Positions 44,819 through 54,324 of a stretch of 56,431 nt of DNA are shown one piece after another. The stretch is from a virus: positions 1 to 56,431 of IMG/VR virus record IMGVR_UViG_3300045988_170861. The stretch is one strand, 5' to 3'. The stretch's first letter is position 1; each line of letters starts with the position of its first letter. The position numbers were made by a program, and so were the translations under genes. The notes beneath the pieces were generated by a model. The model saw nothing but the letters and a program-made list of their open reading frames with translations, was not told where the DNA came from and made no database searches.

Positions 44819-46027
44819 TTATAAAAGCATACCTTTTTCAATTTGTTGTTGAATATTAGGTGGTATTTCATCAATAGCACCTCTATTTAAGGCATCTTTT
44901 ATTTTATCAATTGTCCAAATATTGCCCTTGTTGGAGCCACTACCTTGAAGTTGACTAACTCTAGGCATTTTATTTTTTTTATTAATTTGTTCCTTTACTT
45001 TAGTAGTATTATCCTTAGTAGAGATATTATTATTACTATTAAAATCTGTTACACTTTTATTCCAAAAAGAACGAAGAACCATCATATCACTTGCATTACC
45101 TACACCAGCATTTACTTTTGCATAAGCTTCTCGAATAGCTGTTTGTTCATAAGGAGAATATTTTTTAAGTCCTTTACCAGTAGCGTAATTCATTATATTT
45201 TTATAGTTTTCAGTTCCTTTAATTTCATTTACAAATTTCTGCGTTTCATCAGCGATGGCCCTAGACATGGTTTGCTGATATTGCATTCTGTTTTGCAATT
45301 CGATGTATTTATTATTAACATCTTGCATAACCATATTTCTTGCCATAGATTTTGCCTGTTCATAACGCATTTTATTTGTATCGTCATCATCGGCATATTC
45401 AAGTGCGTCAATTTCATCTTTATTTAATCCAGAAATTTTAATTGCCCTTTCTTGAATTAAATTATTTATTGTTTGGGCAAGTTCAGGTGTTATTTTAAAT
45501 CCCTGCATATTAGCATTTTGATTAACTGAAATACCTTGATTAAACTGCATATTATGTTGAGCAGTATTATTAATTACATTATTATTTTGTTGTTGATTCT
45601 GATTATTTTTTAACGCATCTAATTCAGCCTTAGCTTTCTCATACAGAGCCTTAAAATCTTCTTGTAATTCTGTTTTATCATCGGAATTATCTTCTTTATT
45701 ATCAGGATTATTTTCTTCTGCAGAATTATTATCAGCGGTAGTTTCGATATTATTTTCTTGTGGTTCAGCTTCATCATCATTTTGTTGATGTTCAAGTTCA
45801 TTATTGACATCATCAGAATAATTTACTTCACCATTTATACGTTTTGCATATTCTTCAAGCTCACCATCTTCAATACCGAAAATATCATTATATGCAGATA
45901 AATCTTCATCATTATTTTGAGTGCTATCACTTACGTTGTTATTTGTATTATCATCATCGCTAAAAAGCTTAATATCAACATATAAATATTTAACCAATTC
46001 AATCACTCCTCGTTTTGAGATAAACAA
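44819..46027 (-). CDS. scaffolding protein
   Basis: Acidic, helical, N/Q-rich; N-terminal motif YVDIKLFS; between portal and capsid. Confidence 0.5.
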   Translation of the reverse strand: MFISKRGVIELVKYLYVDIKLFSDDDNTNNNVSDSTQNNDEDLSAYNDIFGIEDGELEEYAKRINGEVNYSDDVNNELEHQQNDDEAEPQENNIETTADNNSAEENNPDNKEDNSDDKTELQEDFKALYEKAKAELDALKNNQNQQQNNNVINNTAQHNMQFNQGISVNQNANMQGFKITPELAQTINNLIQERAIKISGLNKDEIDALEYADDDDTNKMRYEQAKSMARNMVMQDVNNKYIELQNRMQYQQTMSRAIADETQKFVNEIKGTENYKNIMNYATGKGLKKYSPYEQTAIREAYAKVNAGVGNASDMMVLRSFWNKSVTDFNSNNNISTKDNTTKVKEQINKKNKMPRVSQLQGSGSNKGNIWTIDKIKDALNRGAIDEIPPNIQQQIEKGMLL

Positions 46028-46359
46028 TTACTAATTACACTTTTGATATCATCTTTAACATCAACAGCATTTACCTCGTGATAAATACGTAAAGATACAT
46101 CTAATAATTCACTAGAATTAGGCAGTTGCTGCCTTTTAATTTTTTCCAATGTAAAACATGCAGTGTCAATTAACTTCTGTCTTAAATCATCTATTGTTAA
46201 GGCAGGAGCAATCTTACACTGCATGTCCTTTTTTTCCTCGATATTTTTTTCTTCAACATTTTTAGATTTTGTTTTCTTTTTCTGTTCTACTACTTTAGGA
46301 ATAACCACATCTCCACTAAAGTCAACTTCTACTTTCTTTTCTGGATTTCTTCTAGTCAT
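46003..46359 (-). CDS. hypothetical head-module protein
   Basis: ORF. Confidence 0.4.
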   Translation of the reverse strand: MTRRNPEKKVEVDFSGDVVIPKVVEQKKKTKSKNVEEKNIEEKKDMQCKIAPALTIDDLRQKLIDTACFTLEKIKRQQLPNSSELLDVSLRIYHEVNAVDVKDDIKSVISNCLSQNEE

Positions 46360-46372
46360 ATTTTTTTACTCC

Positions 46373-48544
46373 TTAATTTGTATTATTTCCGCCAATAGCT
46401 CTTTGTGCTGCTATCCTGCGTTGTAAATTGTTTAATTGTTCTTGCGTCATTTGTTGCGGATTTCCAGCGTTTGCTTGTTGCTGTACTAACGATTGTGCCT
46501 GTTGTGCTTCTTCTTGTACTGCTACTTTTGGAGCCATTGTTTTTACATAAAGTTCCATCATATATTGTGCAAGTTGTGGGTCGACTAAATTTTCTTTAGC
46601 AAGCATAGCAAGTTGTACAGGGAGTGGAACATCTTTAATATTAATAGATTTATTAGTCCTATTGTTTTGGGCTTGTACAAGCTGTAACTGCTGTTGCATT
46701 TGTGCCTGTTGTGCCTGTTGCTGTGCCTGCTGTCGCTGTTGATATCTTTGCTTGATTTCTTCTTTTCCTGGAACATCAGATAAATCAATCAACATATCAA
46801 AGACCATATCACCAGGAATACCAAGTTTAGATATGGCGTCGCAAAGTGCCCAGAATTTAGCTTCTCTAACAGTAGAACTAGCATTTATATCTGCAATTAC
46901 AACATCAAATTCTCCTTGACTTAGGTCATTTAGAGTTTGCGTTATGACACCTCTTAACGGGTCATTTATCTGTTGTTTTTGGTTTACGGTCATGAAGTTG
47001 TATGAGCCATTAGGACCTTCAATTCTATATACTTTTTCTTCTGTGTAATACTGTGGAATAATTCCTTTATGTCCACGCTTACCCCAAAGCCTATAAACAA
47101 TACCCTTCTTCATACTGCGCAATGCATCGAATAATGGTATTAAATTAGTAATAGCCTGCTTTTGTTGTAGCTCAATACTTCTACCACTAGCAGAAGAATT
47201 TATATCTGTACCAAGCATTGCTTCATTTATGCCTGTAACTTCCTTCATGTCATTTGCTGAGTCTTGAATAGCTTGAACAAGAGATAGCGGAGGATTAGGC
47301 GGTAAAATTTCTCTCATTTTGTTTAGGTTTTTTACCTCTAATAAAGCTCCAGCTTTAGAAGCATTATGAGAAAAATTATGTTTTTGATTAGAATCCATAG
47401 CTTCTTTTTCATAAATCCAGCCACTATGACTAGATTTAGAAACAATATCTATAAATTCACTTCTACGTTTATTGAGCTCTCGTTGCGGGTCTTTAGCTGC
47501 CGTAACAATACCTTGTGGCATTTTATTTTCATCATTGCGATAAACAACAAAAGGAACAAAAGGAAACTCACCGTGTTCGTATGGACTTTCCATATCTTCC
47601 AATTTTACATCATCAAAGAATGCGCATACGCGGACCTGTGTTTTAAATCCTGTAGTTTTTCCTATTACATTTTGCTGTAAATACATCATTTCTTCCAAAG
47701 ACATTTGCTGCTCATCATCATTTGTCAATTCAAGTGTCGTACCGTTTGATAAATAATATATATTCCTCATTACTCTAACTTTATACCAACATTCGCATAG
47801 ACGAATTTTCTTTTTATCTCGTTGGTAATAAAGTCTAGTGTTATATTCCTCCTGTTCGTTTTTGTCGTACTCATCAATTTTAGCCAATATTATATCCTTA
47901 TATTCTGGATATACTTCGCACAACTTATCCTTATCTATCCATTTTGCGCGTATGATATATTTACTATCTTCAAATTCGCGCTTTCTGGATTCAGGGTCTA
48001 TATAAATATCAAATGGACTTACATCTTTTACAAATGCTTCACCTTCACCGTCTATTTCCTCATCATATTCGTAACCAACTTCTACCCAGCCAAGACCAGA
48101 TATACAACCTTTTTCAAATGTAGCACTTTCGCAAATTTCATAATTGCTTCGGTCCATAACATATTTTGTCATGGCTTTTCGTACTTCACAAAGTTGTGCA
48201 TCATCATTAGTGCGTGGAAGAAAATCTATATCATTGCGATTGTTGCGCTGGTAACCACTAAGCATATTTATCATCGGACGTATTTTATTTATGGTTACAA
48301 CTGGTCTACCCATTTTTTTTAGTTTTTCAACATCGCCCTCGCTCCACTGTTTACCTTCAACAAAGTCAAAACACTCATGAGCTTCTTTTCGCCAATCGTT
48401 CATGTATTCAACACTTTCACGAAACCATTGAGTAAACTTCATGATGTCATAATCATTGCTATCTATAGAAGGTATTTTATTTTCTGCTTTCACACTATCT
48501 AAAGGGTCTGTTACCGTCCTAGCGTCTGGCATTATAGCCATCAA
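46373..48544 (-). CDS. portal protein (723 aa, long Q-rich C-terminal helix as in P22 gp1)
   Basis: Portal-family N-terminal region; position after terminase/Prp. Confidence 0.75.
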   Translation of the reverse strand: MMAIMPDARTVTDPLDSVKAENKIPSIDSNDYDIMKFTQWFRESVEYMNDWRKEAHECFDFVEGKQWSEGDVEKLKKMGRPVVTINKIRPMINMLSGYQRNNRNDIDFLPRTNDDAQLCEVRKAMTKYVMDRSNYEICESATFEKGCISGLGWVEVGYEYDEEIDGEGEAFVKDVSPFDIYIDPESRKREFEDSKYIIRAKWIDKDKLCEVYPEYKDIILAKIDEYDKNEQEEYNTRLYYQRDKKKIRLCECWYKVRVMRNIYYLSNGTTLELTNDDEQQMSLEEMMYLQQNVIGKTTGFKTQVRVCAFFDDVKLEDMESPYEHGEFPFVPFVVYRNDENKMPQGIVTAAKDPQRELNKRRSEFIDIVSKSSHSGWIYEKEAMDSNQKHNFSHNASKAGALLEVKNLNKMREILPPNPPLSLVQAIQDSANDMKEVTGINEAMLGTDINSSASGRSIELQQKQAITNLIPLFDALRSMKKGIVYRLWGKRGHKGIIPQYYTEEKVYRIEGPNGSYNFMTVNQKQQINDPLRGVITQTLNDLSQGEFDVVIADINASSTVREAKFWALCDAISKLGIPGDMVFDMLIDLSDVPGKEEIKQRYQQRQQAQQQAQQAQMQQQLQLVQAQNNRTNKSINIKDVPLPVQLAMLAKENLVDPQLAQYMMELYVKTMAPKVAVQEEAQQAQSLVQQQANAGNPQQMTQEQLNNLQRRIAAQRAIGGNNTN

Positions 48545-48547
48545 TCA

Positions 48548-48871
48548 TCACCCCGCTTCATTGTTTGTTTTAAAGCATTGGGGATATTGTTCACTTAAGT
48601 TTTTTAGATGTAAATATGCTGCGTCAATTAAAGCCCTAGTCTGTGGGATATCTTTTACAGTAAAAACAAAATGACCAGGACGGCAATATTTAACGTCAAT
48701 ATCATCTTCGCTTTTTACTTGGCTTATACAACCATTAACCGCCATAAAACAAGCGCTACTGACAGAAGCACAAACAATATCTGGCTTTCCTGGTAATGCA
48801 AAATTTGCATGACCTCTAACCATTAAACCCAATCTTCCCTTTTGTTTTTTTATAAGTTTATATTCAATCAA
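48548..48871 (-). CDS. prp: Prp-like cysteine protease (DUF464, ribosomal-processing protease family)
   Basis: GHANFALPGKPDIVCASVSSA...GHFVF aligns with Prp catalytic His/Cys motifs. Confidence 0.8.
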   Translation of the reverse strand: MIEYKLIKKQKGRLGLMVRGHANFALPGKPDIVCASVSSACFMAVNGCISQVKSEDDIDVKYCRPGHFVFTVKDIPQTRALIDAAYLHLKNLSEQYPQCFKTNNEAG

Positions 48872-48892
48872 ATTAACAACTCCTTAAAAAAA

Positions 48893-50305
48893 TTATGCTG
48901 ACCAACCTGTGGTATCTGTAGGTAATCCACCATTATATTTACTTTCTTTTCGTGGTGGTAACGGTCTTTCGCTGGCGTATGGATTTTCTAAACAGAAATA
49001 AATTGTTGCGTCTGCTGAATGGTCCTCACCTTTTGTATCATATTTTTCAGGATCGTGTTCATCAAACGTTAGCATTGGTATCGTTCTAATAGCATGAACA
49101 CAATTACTAAAAAAATAAATTGCTGGCTTTTGATTTCCATTTTTATCAAATGTACCTTCTAGTCTACGACGAAATTCTTCTGCACCATGTTCTCTACCTT
49201 TTTTACATGGTGAAAAACGTTCCCTATTGGCATTGTACAAAACATCATTTATCTGGTCTGCAATAGAAACAGACGTGTCATCTTTTCCAGCAACTCCAAT
49301 TTTGGCCCAACATGCACTATCTAAAACAGCCTTATAAATTTCTTCATCTATTGGTTCAAGTTCAATTATTTTTTTAGCAACTTCTACTGTCGTTTCTCCT
49401 GTTCCGACATTAGGTTTACCGCCATATCCATATAATTCACGATATACGTAAGCATTACCGTCATAGTCAATGGCAATCCAATAGCAAGCGTAAGGTCTAC
49501 TACTTCCCCAATCCATAACACGCCACTTAGTCCAATTGGTTGGTATCTTAAACGGCTTAATAACATGCAGGCTATCTCGCCACTGTTTAAAGAATTGTCC
49601 GCCATCTATTCCCCAATCACCTAATCCAGCAACTTTGTACCTATCTGGGTCATCTCGCTTCATGCGTTCAAACATTCGCTTATCTGCTTCATCTAAAAAT
49701 TCATTGCACAAGTAATTTGTTGTTATCGCTAGAATGTCGGGGTCATCAACAATATCAAAAAACCTGCGCTTAACAAAATGAGCAGAACTCCACGGATTCA
49801 TAGATATTGTTATCTGTTTAAAATATCCAGGAGGAACAGCACCACGAATACTCTCGTCTACACGATTGAATGCTTCTTCGTCATTTATTTCGCTGCACTC
49901 TTCTAGCCAAACCCAACACAGAACGCCAATATCTACTGTTACAGACGTTAGTTTATATGGGTCATCTAAACCACGCAGAATTATTTTTTGTCCTGTTGGT
50001 ATGTAGATTATTTCCATCGGATTAACTTTTGTTTTCCATAAACTATCTACTCCCAAGCGATGAATTGCCCATTTAAGCTGCTGGAAGCATGAGTTATACA
50101 AAGTATTACCTGTTTTGCGAACAACTAAAGTATTAGCCAAAGGATATTTCATCATACGCGTTATTATGTTCAAGGCAATAGTTGCAGACTTTTTAGAAGC
50201 ACGAGAACCTTTAACAACACGATAACGACCCTCAAATCGCCAAAAAGCTGTGTATCCGCCGCCAACAATCTTTTTTAAAGATAATTTACGAATACTACTA
50301 CTCAT
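48893..50305 (-). CDS. terL: terminase large subunit
   Basis: Walker A-like VKGSRASKKS, Walker B VWLEE, C-terminal RNaseH-like nuclease VMDWGSS. Confidence 0.85.
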   Translation of the reverse strand: MSSSIRKLSLKKIVGGGYTAFWRFEGRYRVVKGSRASKKSATIALNIITRMMKYPLANTLVVRKTGNTLYNSCFQQLKWAIHRLGVDSLWKTKVNPMEIIYIPTGQKIILRGLDDPYKLTSVTVDIGVLCWVWLEECSEINDEEAFNRVDESIRGAVPPGYFKQITISMNPWSSAHFVKRRFFDIVDDPDILAITTNYLCNEFLDEADKRMFERMKRDDPDRYKVAGLGDWGIDGGQFFKQWRDSLHVIKPFKIPTNWTKWRVMDWGSSRPYACYWIAIDYDGNAYVYRELYGYGGKPNVGTGETTVEVAKKIIELEPIDEEIYKAVLDSACWAKIGVAGKDDTSVSIADQINDVLYNANRERFSPCKKGREHGAEEFRRRLEGTFDKNGNQKPAIYFFSNCVHAIRTIPMLTFDEHDPEKYDTKGEDHSADATIYFCLENPYASERPLPPRKESKYNGGLPTDTTGWSA

Positions 50306-50750
50306 CTAAATCATCTACTAAATCATCGACAAATTGAACAATCATTTGCTGCTGTCCACCATCAACTTCAATTTTGTTGCTGAATAATTGATATCTTTTA
50401 GCTAACTGGTCCGCAGCTTTTAATCTGTCTTGCAAACTCGGATCCAATCCAAATGCGTCTTTTTCTTTACCACGCATTACACGTGTATAAAATCTTAATA
50501 CCTCATCTTTGTCTGCAATCAGTGCATCGTGTTTAGCTTCCGTTATTGCATCTACATATTTTTTTATCTTAGGATTTTTGAGCATTCTAGTTGCTTCTTT
50601 AAATGCTGTTTCTTTTGTACACTTATAACCAGCCTGCTCATATGCCTCTCGTTTGTTGGCAAGCTGAACAAATAATTCACAGAACGTTCGCTGTTTTTCT
50701 GTTAGTTTTAAATCCTTAGCAAGTTGTGTTAAGTTTTCATTTTCCATCAC
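50298..50750 (-). CDS. terS: terminase small subunit
   Basis: N-terminal LT.KQR.FCELFV...AYEQAGY pattern of Terminase_2 family; position upstream of terL. Confidence 0.65.
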   Translation of the reverse strand: MMENENLTQLAKDLKLTEKQRTFCELFVQLANKREAYEQAGYKCTKETAFKEATRMLKNPKIKKYVDAITEAKHDALIADKDEVLRFYTRVMRGKEKDAFGLDPSLQDRLKAADQLAKRYQLFSNKIEVDGGQQQMIVQFVDDLVDDLDE

Positions 50751-51019
50751 CCATCACCTCGCTGCTTGTTAGGCTGAAGCTTGCGCATTAGTTCCTTTCT
50801 GTCTAATTTAAAAAGCTCTACAAGTTGCCGTAAAAATACTGGCTCACTCGCAGAGCTTAAAATATCTTTTTTATTTTTTGTGCATCTTAGTTTTAAGATG
50901 TAAAACTTTCTTTCTTTTTCTGGAGAGAAAATTTCTTGCCTAGATAAGAGCAAAATTAATCCTGTTTTCTGCTCCATAGCTTTTATAACTTTTTTTATGC
51001 TTTTTAGGTATTTTCCCAT
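50747..51019 (-). CDS. hypothetical protein (possible late regulator)
   Basis: ORF. Confidence 0.4.
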   Translation of the reverse strand: MGKYLKSIKKVIKAMEQKTGLILLLSRQEIFSPEKERKFYILKLRCTKNKKDILSSASEPVFLRQLVELFKLDRKELMRKLQPNKQRGDG

Positions 51020-51073
51020 AAAAACACCTCAAATACTTAAATTTTCTCGTTTTCTTGAAAATTTTGAGCTTCT

Positions 51074-51154
51074 TAGAGCCGTTTTAAGCGTTTTTCTTTT
51101 AGTTGTTAATATGATTATACCTGCAAAAATAAGACACTCTTAAAACAGCTCTAA
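51074..51154. repeat. 16-bp inverted repeat TTAGAGCCGTTTTAAG / CTTAAAACAGCTCTAA (1 mismatch) with ~49-bp spacer
   Basis: Read from sequence; spans 3' end of 51151..51687 gene and the gap upstream of the late genes. Confidence 0.5.
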
Positions 51155-51687
51155 TTTTTAGAATTAAATTTAGAAATAACCCAATTCGGCAAAATTCTAT
51201 CCAAATCACGTTTAAACATGATGTATAAATTATAATTAAGCCAGCAACCACAGAAAAATACCGTTGGACACATAAAATATTTTTTATAGCACATAAAAGG
51301 AAACTTAAAATTTTTCTCAACCGTTTTTTCCATCGCGTGCAACTTAATCATTTTATTTATAAATCTTACACATGAACGTTCGGAAATTTCCAGAAGCTTT
51401 GCAATGTGTTTAATTTGCATTGGTTTAATATTATTGCCACTGCGATATACTAACAAATTTGTATTAGCTTGTAAGTGTTTAGAAAGCTTAAACATTTTTC
51501 CAATATCTGCGTCAGTTAGTTCTTCATGCATATTGCTGGGAAAAATGCTGATACGATTTTTTTGTGATGTAAAATAATATCCCTTTTCTGCATCAAATTT
51601 ATTTTTAACATAAAACTCCTTTTGCTTTACGACTTCACCAGTGGCAGTATCTATTAGACTTTGCTTAACAACAACATCTTTACCCAT
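51151..51687 (-). CDS. HTH DNA-binding protein, RepL-like (Firmicute plasmid replication protein family) or late regulator
   Basis: N-terminal ...TGEVV...FYVK pattern and C-terminal HTH IKHIAKLLEISERSCVRFINKMIKL resembling RepL. Confidence 0.4.
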   Translation of the reverse strand: MGKDVVVKQSLIDTATGEVVKQKEFYVKNKFDAEKGYYFTSQKNRISIFPSNMHEELTDADIGKMFKLSKHLQANTNLLVYRSGNNIKPMQIKHIAKLLEISERSCVRFINKMIKLHAMEKTVEKNFKFPFMCYKKYFMCPTVFFCGCWLNYNLYIMFKRDLDRILPNWVISKFNSKN

Positions 51688-51715
51688 TAAAAATACTCCT
51701 TTCTTTTATTTGTTT

Positions 51716-51841
51716 TGCGCAAATGCGCAATCTTAAATTAAGTGCGCAATTTCTATGCAGATAAAAAACGTGCGCAAATAAAATACGCAAATGCGCAATC
51801 TAATTAGTTATTTTAGGGGGAAACGTTTTTTTAATGCGCAA
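51716..51841. repeat. array of 6 TGCGCAA boxes plus 1 TACGCAA variant (51716, 51725, 51744, 51771, 51784v, 51792, 51835)
   Basis: Palindromic core TGCGCA repeated; same box occurs twice inside rep gene at 6696..6714. Confidence 0.75.
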
Positions 51842-52028
51842 TTGTACAAATACAACCAACTTTTTTTAACTGCATAAAATAACCATTTTAGCTATTAAAA
51901 ATACACAATTTTAGTGTCAATAAAAAAACCGCCATAAACTCTTATAATTTAAGAGGAAATGACGGCTTTTTATGATTAAAAATGATAATGCATCTATATA
52001 TAATATATAGTAAAAATGAGCAAAACAA

Positions 52029-52059
52029 AAAGCGTATACCAGATGATGATATACGCTTT
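52029..52059 (-). terminator. hairpin AAAGCGTATA-N11-TATACGCTTT followed by U-run on minus strand
   Basis: 10-bp perfect stem; minus-strand downstream sequence TTTTGTTTTGCTCATTTTT. Confidence 0.35.
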
Positions 52060-52162
52060 AAATACGAAGGAATATTTTTATATATTATACACCAAAAAAC
52101 ACACCAGTGATTACACTAATAAAAAAATTGTGCTATCATATAAATAAAAAAGGAGAATTAAT

Positions 52163-52684
52163 ATGAACAATATATTAAAACTTGTACAAGAACACTATAC
52201 TTCTAATAATATCGTTTTTGAAAATCCTTTACATCTTGAAGTAGATGATATTCAAATAGATAATAGTTCCAAAGATGATTTATTTGAAAAAGATTTAGAT
52301 GAAGCACTTTTATTATTTTTTAATAAAAATAACAATTTATTTTATAAAAAATTCAGCACTAATCCCGATGAAGCTTCAGAAAATGTTGAAATTAGTAAAA
52401 TCATAAATGATTATCTTTGTCAAATGTTAGATATTGTAACTTATAGCTTATACTTAAAAATGAAAAACATATCTCCAAATGAATTTAACAATTTTATAAA
52501 TAAGTTTAAAACAAATAGTACATTTATTTCAAACCTATTAGAATACGGTGTAAAAATCACATATGATGAAAAAAGATTAATTTTAAGCATCGAATATTAC
52601 AATACAATTTCTGTAATTACCTACATTAATGAAAAACTATCGTGGTATTCTCTAAAAGAACTTCCTAATTTAAAACTCATATAA
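52163..52684 (+). CDS. hypothetical protein, lone plus-strand cargo gene next to attP
   Basis: Own promoter with extended -10 TGCTATCAT; RBS AAAGGAGAA. Confidence 0.5.
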   Translation: MNNILKLVQEHYTSNNIVFENPLHLEVDDIQIDNSSKDDLFEKDLDEALLLFFNKNNNLFYKKFSTNPDEASENVEISKIINDYLCQMLDIVTYSLYLKMKNISPNEFNNFINKFKTNSTFISNLLEYGVKITYDEKRLILSIEYYNTISVITYINEKLSWYSLKELPNLKLI

Positions 52685-52709
52685 AAATGAATTTAATTAT
52701 ATTTATTTT

Positions 52710-52933
52710 GTTACCATTTTGTTACCATTTTACTTACAACCACTCAAAAAAATTAATATCGTTTAAAAAAATAATATTATAAAATACTCGTTTTTTAACA
52801 TATTTTACCATACAAAAAATATAAAAAGCCATTCATGAGTTTATCGGTAAATCCTGCTTTTTCTAAAACATCTTTATTTATAAGCATTTAAAGCATATAT
52901 AAAATAAATTTGTTACCATTTTGTTACCGATTT
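52710..52933. repeat. attP-like region: tandem GTTACCATTTT x2 at 52710..52731 and again at 52912..52933 (direct), flanking ~180-bp AT-rich segment abutting integrase stop
   Basis: Direct repeats read from sequence. Confidence 0.6.
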
Positions 52934-54143
52934 ATTTTTGCATATATCGCTCAAAAATTGCAGCCGCATCATTCTTTAACTTATCTGTTATGTGAAGATA
53001 AATTTTTCTAGTAGTTTCATCACTATCATGTCCAAGTCTTTCTTGTATTACTTCTAAAGGAACACCAGCTTCTGCTAACAAAGATACATGAGTATGACGG
53101 AATAGATGTGCATGTAAATGCTTTTTAAAGATATGGATATTATCTATATTTCTAAAAACCGCATTTAATGCAGGCGGTATAACAGGTTGTTCCCAATCTC
53201 GTGCTCGTGAGTATTTAGTAAAAACATAATCTTCTTTATCTCTTTTAGATTGCGTCCTATATTTTAACCGCTGCTCCAATTGTTTTATTTTCCATGCTTT
53301 TAAAATTGATATCAATGTATCACCAATTATTATTTTTCTGATACTAGATTTATTTTTTGGTGTATCTTGTCTTTTGTAATTATTATAGCTTTCTGCGAAC
53401 ATAGAAGATTTAATATATATTGTTTTATTATTAAAATCTACATCTTCCCACAGTAAAGCACAAGCTTCTGCTACTCTAACCCCTGTATATGCTAATGTTG
53501 CACAAATAGCATATACATACATTGTTTTAAAAGATTTTCGCGGTAAGCATGAATAATTAGACAAATATTCTAAAACATTTTTTAATTCATCTTTTGTCAA
53601 ATAAAGCTCATCAATGTTTTTAGGCGGTAATATTTTATCTTTAGGTAAAATAGCCTTAAGTGCTGGATTATTTATAATAATGTTATATCTGTTAGCATAA
53701 ATAAAAACCTTTCTAGCTACTTGATGAAAATTTTCTACAGTAGAATCTTTTTTATCTTTGGCATAAGTATTTATCAAATTCTGATAATCATAAGCTGTAA
53801 TATCTTTCATTTTTTTGTAGCCAAAAAAATTTTTTAAAAATGTTATAACATATTTATATCGCCTTTGTGTTGGCAGTTTTAAATTATGTCTATAATCACT
53901 ATACCATTCATCTATAAAATCAATAAAACTTATCTGTGATTCAATAACATTTTCTCCAAGTAAAAGTTTATTTATAACTGGTTGTGCAGCTGCTCTAGCT
54001 TCTTTGGCTGTTTTAAAGCCACTTTTAGTAATACATTTTCTTTTCCCTGTTACTGGATCGCGACCTGCTTCTATTCTATATGTGTAGGTAATTCCTTTTT
54101 TTCCTTGCCTTTTGTAAACTAATATTTTTCCTTGTGTAGCCAA
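52932..54143 (-). CDS. int: tyrosine integrase with Tn916-like arm-binding N-terminal domain
   Basis: N-terminus KILVYKRQGKKGITYTYRIEAGRDPVTGKRK; catalytic R (TGVRVAE), HxxR (LHAHLFRHT), Y (RKIYLH). Confidence 0.9.
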   Translation of the reverse strand: MATQGKILVYKRQGKKGITYTYRIEAGRDPVTGKRKCITKSGFKTAKEARAAAQPVINKLLLGENVIESQISFIDFIDEWYSDYRHNLKLPTQRRYKYVITFLKNFFGYKKMKDITAYDYQNLINTYAKDKKDSTVENFHQVARKVFIYANRYNIIINNPALKAILPKDKILPPKNIDELYLTKDELKNVLEYLSNYSCLPRKSFKTMYVYAICATLAYTGVRVAEACALLWEDVDFNNKTIYIKSSMFAESYNNYKRQDTPKNKSSIRKIIIGDTLISILKAWKIKQLEQRLKYRTQSKRDKEDYVFTKYSRARDWEQPVIPPALNAVFRNIDNIHIFKKHLHAHLFRHTHVSLLAEAGVPLEVIQERLGHDSDETTRKIYLHITDKLKNDAAAIFERYMQK

Positions 54144-54324
54144 AAATACATCACCCTTTCTATGTCGGGGCGAATATGATATAATCTTAATTGTTTTTAC
54201 TGGTTATAAACATATCCTGCCTGACATGAATAGCACCGCAAGTACGGTGCTATTTTTATTTTGATAATAATATATTGTATTTCTCCCTCATGTACGTTAT
54301 AATGTACATAAGGGAGATGATTAT

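Noticed and set aside
38132-45813. Assorted short ORFs in reverse or alternate frames of structural genes (37980..38162, 38132..38338, 38499..38732, 40501..40815, 40974..41186, 42769..43017, 43108..43341, 43637..43898, 44059..44298, 44945..45427, 45229..45417, 45619..45813, 46163..46426, 46405..46788, 47366..47680, 47822..48322, 48456..48674)
   Set aside because: All lie inside longer, better-supported structural genes on the other strand or frame.
49384-49605. ORF 49384..49605 inside terL
   Set aside because: Alternate frame within a confident terminase large-subunit gene.
51099-51320. ORF 51099..51320 (-)
   Set aside because: Alternate frame overlapping the 3' end of the RepL-like gene and the intergenic inverted repeat. 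No RBS.
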